A stretch of DNA of 64,000 nt from Octopus vulgaris. Taxonomy: Eukaryota. The position numbers and the translations under genes are program-made. Below are positions 13,905 to 27,493 of this stretch, piece by piece. Within the stretch, counting starts at the first letter, position 1; each line of letters starts with the position of its first letter. The stretch covers positions 44,020,001-44,084,000 of the forward strand of contig OX597819.1 in the NCBI GenBank assembly GCA_951406725.2, in the 5' to 3' direction. Under the pieces are notes generated by a model. The model made no database searches and was not told the origin of the DNA. It saw only the letters and a list, made by a program, of their open reading frames with translations.

Positions 13905-14305
13905 ATTATTATTTACTTTTAATCTGCATGTTTGTTACAGTCACTCGGAGAGACACACCCAGCATCCTAGGGCGAGTAAAGGATGAGAACTATTACAATA
14001 TGACTGAAAGATTGGGGAGAGCAAGTGGCAGGGGGCAGTAGCGAAATATCTTCATGTAATACAACACATACATTTGAATTATTAGACTTTTTCTAAGGAT
14101 GTGGATAGTACTTGTTAGCACAATCTTTTGGATTTCTCTGAGACATGGTTCTCCTGGGATATTTTCTCGATGTTTCTTATATCCCTTTCTTATCATACCA
14201 AGGGCACCGCCGATATCAGGGACAGTTCTCGCTTTAATATGTCACATCTTTAGTATTTCAATTTCCAGGTCCTTATATTTACTTAATTTGTCAAATTCCT
14301 TTACA
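13905..14305 (-). mobile_element. 5'-truncated RLE-type non-LTR retrotransposon (R4/Dong-like), endonuclease C-terminus plus 3'UTR
   Basis: Minus translation KYKDLEIEILKM*HIKARTVPDIGGALGMIRKGYKKHRENIPGEPCLREIQKIVLTSTIHILRKSL. The 3'UTR ends in (AAT)n. Confidence 0.85.
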
Positions 14306-14319
14306 GATTATTATTATTA

Positions 14320-14745
14320 TTGAAAGAGAGAGCAGCGCATGCCATCAAATGACACCGGGGTAAAATATACGAAGCCCAGTATACCCATCATGTCTACTCG
14401 TCTGATAAGTGTGCATCAGGCACATGCATCACAACCATATGTGCGCGACATTGTGCTTTCATATCAAAATGAACAGCGCAGGTGGGGGACCAGTTAGAAT
14501 TTTCTTCAAGTCGAGTAGCCCATCCTGCTCAAAGGTCCCTGAATAAGGGTTGTTTAATGATGTTGAATGAAGCACCCATGTTTCCAGAGGTGAATTATTC
14601 AAACCTCAAATAATTCCTGTCAACACATGGCTATGATGCTCCCCCAATACTTCTGCTCGTGATTAACGATGCACATATCGTAGCCACTCATGCTCAACTG
14701 GTTAAGATCAAGCGATTGACAGGCAAATCTGTGGTACTGAGGACA
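14320..14745 (-). mobile_element. Non-coding repeat X ((TAA)n-associated, probable non-autonomous retroelement)
   Basis: Homologous to 47592-47912 (+), 48295-48356 (-) and 51070-51320 (-). In the inferred sense it ends ...CTCTCTCTTTC(AAT)n. Confidence 0.75.
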
Positions 14746-15020
14746 ATTCTTCTTCTTCTTCTTCTTCTTCTTCTTATATTAGCGGTGAGCTGGCGGAATC
14801 GTCAGCACAAAATGCTTGTAGATAATTCTCTTAATTTATGTTCTGAGGCCCTGTGCCTCAAAAATAAGCTCAGGAGAGTATGAAAATGGCAGAGTGAACC
14901 AGCGGAAAATAACACAAAACTACAGCTGTATTTTTCTCCAGCGATATCATGAATCTTCAGATTTTCGCATGGAGGTACATGATGGCCGATGCCTGTAGGC
15001 ATACCATATGCAGATCGAGC

Positions 15021-15059
<39 letters not shown>

Positions 15060-15072
<13 letters not shown>

Positions 15073-15306
15073 GAGAAATATGAGGGTGCGAGAGAGGTTA
15101 TGATATGAGAAAAGGGGAATTGTGATATGAGAGAGAGGTTGTAATACGAAAGAGAGGCAGGTTGTGATATGAGACAGGGAGAGAGAGAGAGTGCGAAAGT
15201 GAGAGAGGAATGGGTGTGTGAGGGAGGTTATGATATGAGAGAAAGGGAGGTTGTCATATGAGAGAAAAGTTGTAATATGAGAGAGACAGACAGGTTGTAA
15301 TATGAG

Positions 15307-15356
<50 letters not shown>

Positions 15357-15450
15357 GGGCATGTGAGAGAAGGTTTGATATGAGAGTAAGGGAGGTTGTG
15401 ATATAAGTGAGAGGTAATATAAGAGAAAGGCAAGTTGTGATATGCAATAA
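15060..15450. repeat. GA-rich minisatellite, unit ~GAGGTTGTGATATGAGA(GA)n
   Basis: About 12 degenerate units are visible. Confidence 0.85.
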
Positions 15451-17139
15451 ACAAATATATATATATAGAGAGAGAGAGGCAGATATTGAGAGAGTAATGT
15501 GGCAGATGTGTTTATATTTTTGCGGTCAACAAAGAGCTAATAAAAGATGAATGGTGTTAGCTTGAGGGAAAACATGGAAGAGTCCTGAGCCTAGAAGAAA
15601 ATACAGACCTGAGGGACAGATTTATACGAAATATAACATTTTCAGTTGAGTAAGAATGTCAGTAGCAGGTAACTTATATAGTGAGAAGTTTAGGCGAGAA
15701 CAACTATTATACTACATTTTGTATGGTAGAGCACATGAGTAGAGACCAACGTCACAGTATCTGAAAGGTAAAATATGAGGCATAGACTATAGATTAAGTG
15801 TTTTGTTAGCTGGTAGAGAAAAGTGTTGCGTGCGTGATTTCGTTATCAAACAGTATGGCATTATTTTTTATATAGTCTTGTCTACGTGTGTGTATGTGTG
15901 TGTATGAATGTAATGTGTGTGCTTATGTGTATGTATGTGTTGTATGTGTTTGTTTGTGTGTATGTGTGTTTGTGTGTATGTGTATGTATGTGTGTGCATG
16001 TGTGTGTATGTGTGTGTATGTGTGTAAGTACGTCTTGGAGAACAACTCCTCCAAAAGGATTTTGTGTGCTAGAAACATACTCCAAATGAGATCAGTAAAC
16101 AGAGAAACACCGGGGTTTCGGTTTGATTTCACTTCCTCCGTGGCAGACACACTATGGTCAATGGGACTTGCTAAAATTTCTGAATCTATGCAAAAGCGAT
16201 TACAATCTCGGCTGTTTTTAGAAGTATGTACTGGTTTAACTTAAACCTGATATTCTTTCGCACAAATCAGCAAACGTATCACCAAATGACCGAAGTGATC
16301 TTCTTCATTGAGGAGGCGAGATCACGCCAAAACAGCGGTGTCTGAGAATCTGTTGACATCATGTGGAGTAAGTTACGTTTTTAAAATATAAAGTTTCTTA
16401 GTAAAAAATTGTTTTCCGAGACAAAATCTTTCAGCGATCGCAGTTCGACTTTTGTGTGTATATAAATTTACTATAAATGGTTTACGCATTCTTATTTCCT
16501 ACTTCAAGTGCGCATAAGCACACACACACGCAGCACGAAGTATTCTCTACATGTAAACATAAGTTCTATCACACCTTTAGATTCTTCCACAGCTCCAAAT
16601 GCAAACAAAATCAACACACATAACACTTGCCTATATCCACGGTCTTTACAATATACGTCCGTTTTTTTCTTTTCTTTCATCTATCAACATAAGCTAGTTG
16701 GCTGCAATAATCTTATTAATTTTTAGTCTATAACATTTTTATTTTTTAACTTTTAATTTTTTAATTCTTTTATTTTAAAAATCTTTTATCCATTTAATTG
16801 TATTGTTAATCCTATATATACTCCCTTAAATTAGGTATCTAGTTTTAGGTCTCCTTACTGATCACTGAACTAAATATTCTTTCTGATCACACCGAAACTA
16901 GAATTCATCTATTTAATTAATAGCCATAAATGACTTCTTCCTCACTTTACCAAAACCTTAACGCCTTACCTCTCACCTCGGACCGACCCTAATGAAGAAT
17001 GATACTGGCATCTTATCTTTATTTTTTATTTTTTTATTTTAAGTTTTATTTAACTTTTGCTTTCATTCATTCTTTCCCGCACCAATCCCATTCCTTTCTT
17101 TTCTCTCTTTCTGTTCTCCTCACTCACTCACAACCCATG

Positions 17140-17372
17140 TCTTATTTCTTTATTGCCCACAAGGGGCTAAACATAGAAGGGAAAAACAAGCACAGACAAA
17201 CGGATTAAGTCGATTACATCGACCCCAGTGCGTAACTGCTACTTAATTTATCGATCCCGAAAGGATGAAAGGCAAAGTCGACCTCAGCGGCATTTGAACT
17301 CAGAACGTATAGACAGACGATATACTGCTAGGCATTTCGCCCGGCGTGCTAAGATTTCTGCCAGCTCACCGC
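17140..17372 (-). mobile_element. SINE family B (long-tail variant)
   Basis: Reverse complement of the family B pattern, close to 26048-26278 and 59863-60097. Confidence 0.9.
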
Positions 17373-17667
17373 TTTCACAATCCATGTCTGTCATAATGTC
17401 TGTCTTTCTATATACCTACGTCGACCGTTTTCATACTAGCTAACCACTTAATCTATTCCTTCAACTTGAACGCAACATTCAAAATACTGCTATAATACTG
17501 CTTGTATCTACCTGGGGGTTATACTTAAGGACCGATACCCTCACGGAAGTACGGACCAAACTCTATACCTTCTGGAACTTTATTCTCCTGTCTGTATTCT
17601 TCTATCTGCTATTTTAACCATTATACACTGAATTCTCTGTCTAGAATTTTCGTACATACTCACCTGC

Positions 17668-17741
17668 TCTCTGATGACGGTACACCCAGTGTATGGAGAT
17701 GCTTACCTATCACTTGAGATATCCGAGAAACAGGTGTAAGA
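17668..17741 (+). ncRNA. Type I hammerhead-like motif with extended stem II (Penelope-like)
   Basis: TCT-CTGATGA (17671-17677)-CGG...CCGA-GAAA (17727-17730)-CAGGTG-TA-AGA. Stem III is one base from the palindrome ACAGCTGT. Confidence 0.5.
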
Positions 17742-17855
17742 ATCCAATAATTAATTAATTAATTAATTAGTTAAAATTCACCTTGTTCTAATTAAATATT
17801 CTAAATGAATTGAGATACTCGTCCTGCCTTGGCTTTTGCTGTCATTTTTACTCTA

Positions 17856-17899
<44 letters not shown>

Positions 17900-18239
17900 G
17901 CACATACAGCCTTCAATGTATAAGAGAGTGCTATATGTGTGTATACAAAGATATATTAGCATATACACTCATATAATAAATGTATATGCTTATAATGACT
18001 ATCACAAATACGCTTACAGTCTATGGGCATTCCAATGCAACTGAATCGGCGATATGCAAACATTTACCTATAATCATCTATCAATCAATCTATCGATCGA
18101 TCGGTCGATCGATCGATCTGTCTGTCCGTTTGTTGGTTTGCCTATCTGTCTGTGTGTCTTCCTGTCTTTCTGTCTACTTTTTTTGTCCACCTGCCAGTCA
18201 GACAGCGTGCGCTTACACTATATTTCACACACACACACA

Positions 18240-18292
<53 letters not shown>

Positions 18293-18353
18293 GGATATAT
18301 ATATATACGTTCACTGTTGTTTATAGGTATACATTATGAATTTTATACATACA

Positions 18354-18440
<87 letters not shown>

Positions 18441-18708
18441 TCCTCTCTCTCTGTATCTAGCTATATGTGTGTACACAAAGATTCATTTTACCAAATCACA
18501 TGTGGAGTAGCATGAGCCATCGCCATATTGCCTTTAGACAAATCTCTGTACTGTCTTATATATACACAACATAAAAATATACTCATATTTGACTCAATAA
18601 CTGCACACATCCATATGTCAGTATGTATGTATGCATGTATGTATATTTGTGCATATATACATGTATGTATATACGTGTATATATATGTTTATATGTATGT
18701 TTATATAT

Positions 18709-18806
<98 letters not shown>

Positions 18807-19637
18807 TCACAGGTATAAAGCACATTGTGTGAAAGGGGTGTTGATGCCACTGATTAACACACCATTCCTGATTTCCCAAATGACTCGCTGTGTCTCTATT
18901 ACTGTTAATCCTGGTCACAGCGGTTGCATGCTCTCACCAGATTATTAGAGTTACAGATCAATTTATGAATAAGGCATTCCCATTCCCCACCCCCCGTCCT
19001 ACATCCTATTCTTATATTCCCACCCTTATACACAGCAGTTATGTGTGTCCCTCTAAACAAAATCTCTTCCGTCTCACACACATATATTCTATCCCAAATT
19101 TCTCCTTCTCTTAGCTCCCACCTTTCCCAATGTTCTCCGACCGTCACCCTTAGTTTCATTTTCGCCTCATTCGATTTTCTTCCATTTTGTTTTTTGTTAC
19201 TTTTACGATTATTTTCATGTATTCCCGCCATTATATCATTACACCCCGACACACACACACACACACACAGACACACACCCACGCACGCGCACACACGCAC
19301 GCACACACACGCACGCACATACACACATACACACATACATACATACATACATACATACATACATACATACATACATACATACATACATACATACATACAT
19401 ACATAAGTGCACCAACTAACACACCCCACCATCACAACACATATGTATAATTATGCATATAGAATTATACGAACAAATAATATACTGTCAAGTTATACAT
19501 TCATATATAGATACATTTGCGTGTGTGTATGTGTGTGTGTGTGTGTGTCGTTGAAATACGTAAACGCATATACGTATGTACATGTATATAAATATATGCA
19601 CATATGCATACATATATATATAAGTATATATACAAAT

Positions 19638-19687
<50 letters not shown>

Positions 19688-19711
19688 TCACACACACACA
19701 CACACATATAC

Positions 19712-19745
<34 letters not shown>

Positions 19746-20651
19746 GCACACAAATGCATTTATATGTGCTTGTTAATACAATACATATGTAAATATATAT
19801 TGATATATGTATATCTACATACATATGTGTATGTGTGTGCGTGAGTGTGCGTGTGCGTGCATAAATGTGTATGTGTATGTGTGTGAGTGTATGTATTAAT
19901 GTATATATTTATGTATAATATGTATATATGTTCGTGTATTTATATACATATACATACATACATACATACATACATACATGCATGCAAACATACATACATA
20001 CATACACACACACACACCCACTCACATATATATATATATATGATTGAAATGTATTTCGCTCACTGAACAAAGCTCTTATCGCGTTATATTAATCAAGGTT
20101 TTTGGGAATCATATTACATTTAACCACCGTTAACATCTCGTAAAAATGCTTGCCAAAATGACGTAGAATTAACGATTGACACATTGCAAATTAGATTAAA
20201 TGTGTTTTACCCATTTATAATTGTATTTCTACGGTTTACATTTTCCAAATTACACTTGGAAGTTTTATTTTTTTTAATGTCTTTTATCGATCTCTTCTCC
20301 CGGAATTGTCGGTTCTTTTGCTTTTAAAAATACATAAAAATTGCCAAAATTGAAATATAAAACACCGAACAAAATTATTTCATTCTATTATTATTTTTTT
20401 TTTGTTAAATTTTTATTCTTATGTTCCTTTTGAAGCTCGACGATAAAATTGAAAGGAGAAGGATTGGATATGAGTTTTATTTTATTTATTTGTTAATTTA
20501 ATAATTAATTCTTATTTATTTAATTTAGCATTATTAGAGTCTGAGTGAAACTGAGTGGCAGTAAGAAAAGGCGCAATGCCGGAGTAAATATTGTTCACTA
20601 CTCAGTTATGTCCCTTTAAGATCTGCCTTCAAGTTTTGGGTTACATATATA

Positions 20652-20799
20652 TGTGTGGTAAGTAGCTTGCTTACCAACCACATGGTTCCGGGTTCAGTCC
20701 CACTGCGTGGCATCTTGAGCAAGTGTCTTCTGCTATAGCCCCGGGCCGACCAATGCCTTGTGAGTGGATTTGGTAGACGGAAACTGAAAGAAGCCTGTC

Positions 20800-20847
<48 letters not shown>

Positions 20848-21035
20848 ATGTGTTTGTGTGTCTGTGTTTGTTCCCCTAGCATTGCTTGACAACCGATGCT
20901 GGTGTGTTTACGTCCCCGTCACTTAGCGGTTCGGCAAAAAGAGACCGATAGAATAAGTACTGGGCTTACAAAAAGAATAAGTCCCGGGGTCGAGTTGCTC
21001 GACCGCAGTCAAATGACTGAAACAAGTAAATGAGT
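20652..21035 (+). mobile_element. SINE family A
   Basis: Matches other family A copies along its length. Confidence 0.9.
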
Positions 21036-21092
21036 AAATGAGTAATGAGTATGTATTTTTACACAGACGCTCGCTTATATGTATACACACAT

Positions 21093-21124
<32 letters not shown>

Positions 21125-21129
<5 letters not shown>

Positions 21130-21530
21130 GTAAGAAGCTTGCTTCCCAACCACACGTTTCCGGGTTCAGTCCCCTTGCGTGACATCTTGGTCAAGTGTCT
21201 TCTTCTATAACGTCCGGCGGACCAAAGCCTTTTAAGTGGATTTGGTCGGTGGAAACTGAAAGAAGCCCGTTGTATATATACATATATACGTGTGTGTGTG
21301 TATGTGTGTCTTTGTATCTGTGTTGGTCTCCCCCACCATCATCATTTGACGACCAATGTCGACGTGTTTACGTCTCCGTGACTTTGCGATTCGTTAAAAA
21401 AGACCGATAGAATAAGTACTAGGTTTACGAAGAATAAGTATTGGGATCGATTTCTTCGACTAAAATACTTTAAGGCAGTGTTCCAGCATGGCGGCAATCG
21501 AATGGCTAAAACAAATCAAAGAATAAGAAA
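21125..21530 (+). mobile_element. SINE family A (more diverged)
   Basis: Same domain order with more substitutions. Confidence 0.85.
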
Positions 21531-21562
21531 GTTTAGGCTCCCACTCACATACATATACATGC

Positions 21563-21614
<52 letters not shown>

Positions 21615-21649
21615 GTATATATATTTATATATATATATTCTATTATTCT

Positions 21650-21962
21650 TTTAGTCGAACAAATCAACCCCAGGACTTATTCTTTGTAAGCCTAGTACAT
21701 ATTTTATCGCTATTTTTTTGCCGAACCGTTAAGTTACGGGGACTTAAACACACCAATCTCGGTGGTCAAGCAATGGTGGGGGCACAAACACAGACACACA
21801 AACATATATAGCTTGTTTCAGTTTCCGTCTATCAAATCCACCCACAAGGTTTTGGTCGGCCCGAGGCTATAGTAGAAGACATTTGCACAAGGTGCTACGC
21901 AAGTGACTGAATCCGGCACCGAGTTGTTGGTAAGCATGCTACTTACCACACAGCCACTCCTG
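21650..21962 (-). mobile_element. SINE family A
   Basis: Reverse-complement match. Confidence 0.85.
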
Positions 21963-22154
21963 AATATTTTACAGTAATGTCAGCGTCAAGCATTGTTTAG
22001 GGATAAGCGAACTTTAAATTTTAAATTTGATAATAGATTTTTGTAGTATGCCGTTTAAGGCCCGTTCACTGTATTTGGCAACCTGATGTCATCAATTGTA
22101 CGGATATAAATTCCACCGGATTTACTTCAGGAATTGCTTCATGTTCTTTTTTTG

Positions 22155-22572
22155 TTCTTTTATTCTTTTATTTGTTTCAGTCATTTTACTGCGGCCATGC
22201 TGGAGCACCGCTTTTAGTCGAGCAAATCGACCCCAGGACTTATTCTTTGTAAGCCTAGTACTTATTCTATCGGTCTCTCTTGCCGAACCGGTAAGTGATG
22301 GGGGGCGTAAACACACCAGCATCGGTTGTCAAGCGATGTTGGGGGAGGGGGACAAACACAGACACACAAACATGTACATGCATACACACACACACAAACA
22401 CACATATATACGACGGACTTCTTTCGGTTTCCGTCTACCAAATCCACTCACAAGACTTTGGTCAGCCCGAGGCTATAGCAGAAGACACTTACCCAAGGTG
22501 CCATGCAGTGGGACTGAATCAGGAACCATGTGGCTGGTAAGCAAGCTACTTACCACACAGCCACTCCTACAC
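22155..22572 (-). mobile_element. SINE family A
   Basis: Reverse-complement match, full length. Confidence 0.9.
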
Positions 22573-22903
22573 CTTATGACATGAGAGAAAGAGAAAGGAA
22601 ATTGAATTCACGAGATCCTTTATTAAGCACTACGATCGTTTCGACTCATCGTGCATCGGTCCCTCGCGAGTGAGATTATGTACAAATATTTATGTTACAG
22701 TGATGGTATGCATGGGTGACTGCTGGTCTTACATACACAACCTTGCCCAGATTTGTGCCTCGGAGGGTAACTTTCTAAGTGCAATCCAATGGTCATTGAT
22801 AATCGAAAGTGTTCTGTACCCTTCCCTAGTTTTGCTTATTTCGTTTAAAATACATACTGGTATTTGCCTGTAGCTACGATGTGTCGAAACGATCTTTATC
22901 TAA

Positions 22904-22965
<62 letters not shown>

Positions 22966-23149
22966 GTACACATATACACATAAAACCATCGTTACAATAT
23001 ATTTGAAGTGTTGAAGCTGAAGGATTTGGGAAATGCCCAAGTCTCCAGGACCGACATTACTTTCCAGTACAGATCTGAGTAGATTTGTATTGAGTACACT
23101 TGTATTGAAAGATGATCTTAACGTGACCAGCTCATCTTTTGTTGTTATA

Positions 23150-24071
23150 GAGGGTGTCCATAAAGTCTCTTTACAATTTTAAAATTTTATTACAAAGGCA
23201 GTTGACAAGATACCATAACAAGATTTGTTTTATTGTAATAATTGTTTATTAAAGTTTTTTTAACTGTTCTTTAATAGACCTCAATATGGGCACCATTAGT
23301 TGCGCGAAACACATTAAGACGGTACTCGATTTCTTGCCTTGCTCACTGTATGATAGCCACATCAACGGTGGCAATGGCATTACGAATCCTTTGTTTGAAG
23401 TCAGCATTGTCGCGTATCTTTGTTTGATACACGATAGCTTTTACATAACCCCATAAAAAGAAGTCCAAGGGGGTGATATCTGGTGAACGCGGTGGCCATG
23501 GAATTGGCCCATCTCTTCCAATCCATCGGTCGGGAAATGTTTGATTGAAGAACTGACGAACATTCCGTCCCCAATGTGGTGGTGCACCATCTTGCAGGAA
23601 AATGATGGTTGGTTGTAAATCAATCAATTGTGGTTCCACATATTCAGTCAGAAGGTCGAGGCAAAAATCTACAGTAATTGTTGCCTCGTTGAAGAAAAAT
23701 GGATCAATTATTCGACTGCACATGATTCCACATCACACATTCACTTTTGGACTATCCCGTTGAAGCTCCCTAGTCACATGGGGGTGTTCTGATCCCCATA
23801 TTCTCACATTGTGTCTGTTTAATTTCCCTGAAACATGAAAAATCGCCTCGTCACTAAAACAAACTCGCTTGAGGAATGCTTCATCCTCATTTTATAGGGG
23901 GTCAGCGAATCAGTTCCCTTCCATCAAAAGAGTATCTGAAACACAAAAATTTAATATCAATAAAAACTTTAATAAACAATTATTAATATAAAACAAATCT
24001 GGTTAAAATATCTCATCAACTGCCGTTGTAATATTTTTTTTTAATTGTAAAGAGACTTTATGGACACCCTG
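23150..24071 (-). mobile_element. Internally deleted Tc1/mariner transposon, DD41D (rosa/Visitor) family
   Basis: Imperfect TIRs of ~110 bp ((C/G)AGGGTGTCCATAAAGTCTCTTTACAATT...), TA on both sides (23148-49, 24072-73), transposase catalytic domain inside. Confidence 0.92.
23271..23890 (-). pseudogene. DD41D transposase pseudogene (catalytic domain only)
   Basis: CFSDEA...FLQDGAPPH...WPPRSPDITPLDFFLWGYVK, with 41 residues between the 2nd and 3rd Asp. Two in-frame TGA stops; N-terminal HTH region missing. Confidence 0.92.
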
Positions 24072-24455
24072 TATATTGTTTTTAAGCCTGCATTATACAA
24101 TGTAGCATACATTTTTTTAATATTAGAAGAGTTTCATTTGAAAAAGGTTTATCTACTAGCCGGTTGCAATTAAAGGCTTCCTGGTTTGCTCTTTTCTTTA
24201 TTATAACAAGGCTTATGTAAATATATTTATGTATGTAATCGAAATACTGTCAGCCCTTCCGTCCATCACTATCACCTCCTCTCTGAGTAAGTTGTACTTT
24301 ACCCTGCCGTTTATACCAAAAGCCTGGTTGAAATAACGATATAGCAGTAATTCAGGGCATCTTTAACTTCATGCCCTCCGTGAAGATATAAGTACCTTCT
24401 TGGAGGGCTTGGAGTTAAAAACGCTTTGTAATAGAAACTATAAGAGAGCGAGCAA

Positions 24456-24486
<31 letters not shown>

Positions 24487-25779
24487 GAGTGGGAGGGAGA
24501 GAGAAAGTGAGACAGGAAAATAGAGTTTCTGACAGTCAAGAGTATCTTCTATTCTGCCTAACAATATACTCCTCTGTAATAGGATGTCACTGTATGTCTC
24601 GATGCTCAACAAAATACTCCTACATACCCGTTCGAATTGCTAGAATTAGCTGTGAAATTCCCTTTAAGTCATATGGATATATGGATTTTTAATTATAGAT
24701 ATATTTGATGATGTAAATTCTGGTATACAAAAAAGACGGGCTGGTCATGACTGGATCACCTTTCATCACAGGACTGCTCGATCAAGGCTGACCTAGAGCT
24801 AAACACCTTCGACTTAGATTATTTCGAGTCAACCATAAAACTGCATGTTATTCTTACATACTGGAAATAAGCAAAATTTCTCCCAAGTCACAGCTTATTG
24901 CATTTTATTTCAACTTCTAGAAGACAAACGGTAAAGTTGTCATATGCAGAATTTCAACCCAGGTTTGCTGAGAAAACAAATATCACAATACGTTGTCTCC
25001 GACGCCCAAACGGCTGCGACCAATTCACTATCTATGGAGCCTAGTGCTTAATTGTTATTTGTTTTATACCAACCCAGCATATAACATAGATATATTATAA
25101 ATAATATATTGTACGCGTATACAAAGCAACGGCGACGTCAGTAGGACACAAACTCAGAACAGGAAGGGTGTTTTAATTTACTCCCCCAGATGCGGAGAAA
25201 AAATAAATGCAAAAAAAAACAAAACAAAACAAAACAAAAGAAAACATGCTTAACTCCAGCAACATTCGAAGCTTGAACTCAGTCACGGAAGCAATGAAAT
25301 GCCGCGCTGAAATTTTTTGACGGACGTCACAGCAGATTCCACCAATCCACTGATCAGATTCTGTTAAATTGAAAAACCTTGTGCTATGTAAGTGACCTGA
25401 GCGGCATCTTCTTTGATGCTTTTGATGTTGGTCATATCACTTTCCATACTCGCCACTTCTATTTTCCGTTTAACCTTATTATTTTTTTCCCCACTTCTTC
25501 TAAACTAATTATTTTCTTGTTTGTTTTGCTTAGCTTTAGTTGCTTCCTTTATTTTTACTTCTAACGTATAAATCAGTATGCGTGTATGTATGTATGTATG
25601 CATGTATGTATGTATGTATGTATGTATGTATGTATGTATGTATGTATGTATGTATGTATGTATGTGTGTATGCGTGTATGTGTGTATGTATGTATGTGTA
25701 TATGTATGTATGTATACATGTGTGTGTGTATCTATGTATTATATGTATATATGTATATATAATATATATACACACACTC

Positions 25780-25811
<32 letters not shown>

Positions 25812-25844
25812 ATGCACACACACACACACATATATACACATTAA

Positions 25845-25881
<37 letters not shown>

Positions 25882-25993
25882 GTTTGTCGTTGTCTGCTGT
25901 CTGTCTCTATATATGTGTGTGTGTGATAGCACACAAGCACAAAAACTTATTAAAAAAATGTTATACACACATGTGTGCGCGTATATAAAGGTA

Positions 25994-26041
<48 letters not shown>

Positions 26042-26047
26042 GATATA

Positions 26048-26278
26048 TATTTCTTTATTGTCCACAAAGGGTTAAACATAGAGGGGACAAACAAGGACAG
26101 ACAAACGGATTAAGTCGATTATATCAACCCCAGTGCGTAACTGGTACTTTATTTATCGACCCCGAAAGGATGAAAGGCAAAGTTGACCTCGGCGGAATTT
26201 GAACTCAGAACGTAACGGCAGACGAAATACGGCTACGCATTTCGCCCGGCGTGCTAACGATTCTGCCAGCTAGCCGCC
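26048..26278 (-). mobile_element. SINE family B (young copy)
   Basis: Near-identical to 59863-60097 in reverse orientation. Confidence 0.9.
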
Positions 26279-26687
26279 ATATATGTATATATGGATATAG
26301 TGTGTGTGTACACATGTATATTAATCAATATTAAATATGTGTGTGTATTATATGTTTGTATGTACACACACACACACATGGACACGGATACTTATATCTG
26401 AGTATGCCAGTGTGTGTATTATATGTTTGTATGTACACACACACATGGACACGGATACTTATATCTGAGTATGCCAGTGTGTGTGCGTGCGTATGTGTGC
26501 GCACGTGCGTGTGTTTGTTTGTGTATGTAAATATATTTCCTGTAAGTCGGTCCTAATTTCCTTGATTATTAAAGAAAAATGTTCAATTGGATTCTTAACT
26601 TTCAATTCCAAATCTTTTAAGTAGAATGTATTCCAAATTTAAAAAATAGCAACAAAAAGCCATACATAGCAGTGTGAAGCTTTTTAA

Positions 26688-26706
26688 GTATGTATGTATG
26701 TATATG

Positions 26707-26738
<32 letters not shown>

Positions 26739-26754
26739 TGTATGTATGTATGTG

Positions 26755-26786
<32 letters not shown>

Positions 26787-26818
26787 TGTATGTATGTATG
26801 TATGTATGTGTATATGTG

Positions 26819-26850
<32 letters not shown>

Positions 26851-27075
26851 TGTATGTGTATATGTATGTATGTATGTATATATGTATGTATGTGTATATG
26901 TATTATGTATGTATGTATGTATGTATGTGTTTGTATGTATGTATGTATATATGTATGTATGTATATATGTATGCATGTATGTATGTATGTATGTATATAT
27001 GTATGTATGCGTATATGTATGTATGTATGTATATATGCATGTATGTGTATATGTATGTATGTATGTATGTATGTG

Positions 27076-27106
<31 letters not shown>

Positions 27107-27150
27107 GTATATGTATGTATGTATGTACGTATGTATGTATGTATGTATGT
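26688..27150. repeat. (TATG)n microsatellite, ~460 bp
   Basis: Visible directly. Confidence 0.97.
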
Positions 27151-27493
27151 ACAACACAGATGCCAAAAGAAGCAAATAAGTTTCATCCAATTCGAATGCT
27201 TTCACTAGTCACATCCTCAATCTAATTCTCCTCACTCGGTGTTATGTACCGTTTAAAAAAAACTATGAAAACATTTAATAACTTGAGTCCTTTCTGGGAA
27301 TCTAGCTGCGGTCTGATTCGCCTAAAAGATATATAGGAGCACTGACAAATTTCTGTGCGTTGCTATGGTGTATGAAGACGACAGTACAGATGTTTGAAGC
27401 AAGGTTCTTGTTGTTTTTATAGATGTTGTTGTTATTGTTGTTAATAGGAGAGAACGTAAATTTGTGGACTTCGTTGTAAGAAAGATCGGCATA

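Noticed and set aside
16025-16250. Non-repetitive ORF-like stretches here and at 30594-30812 and 52402-52587
   Set aside because: Most likely decayed RTE LINE ends and a mariner C-terminus (GSYFEG); too degraded to call, and not host exons.
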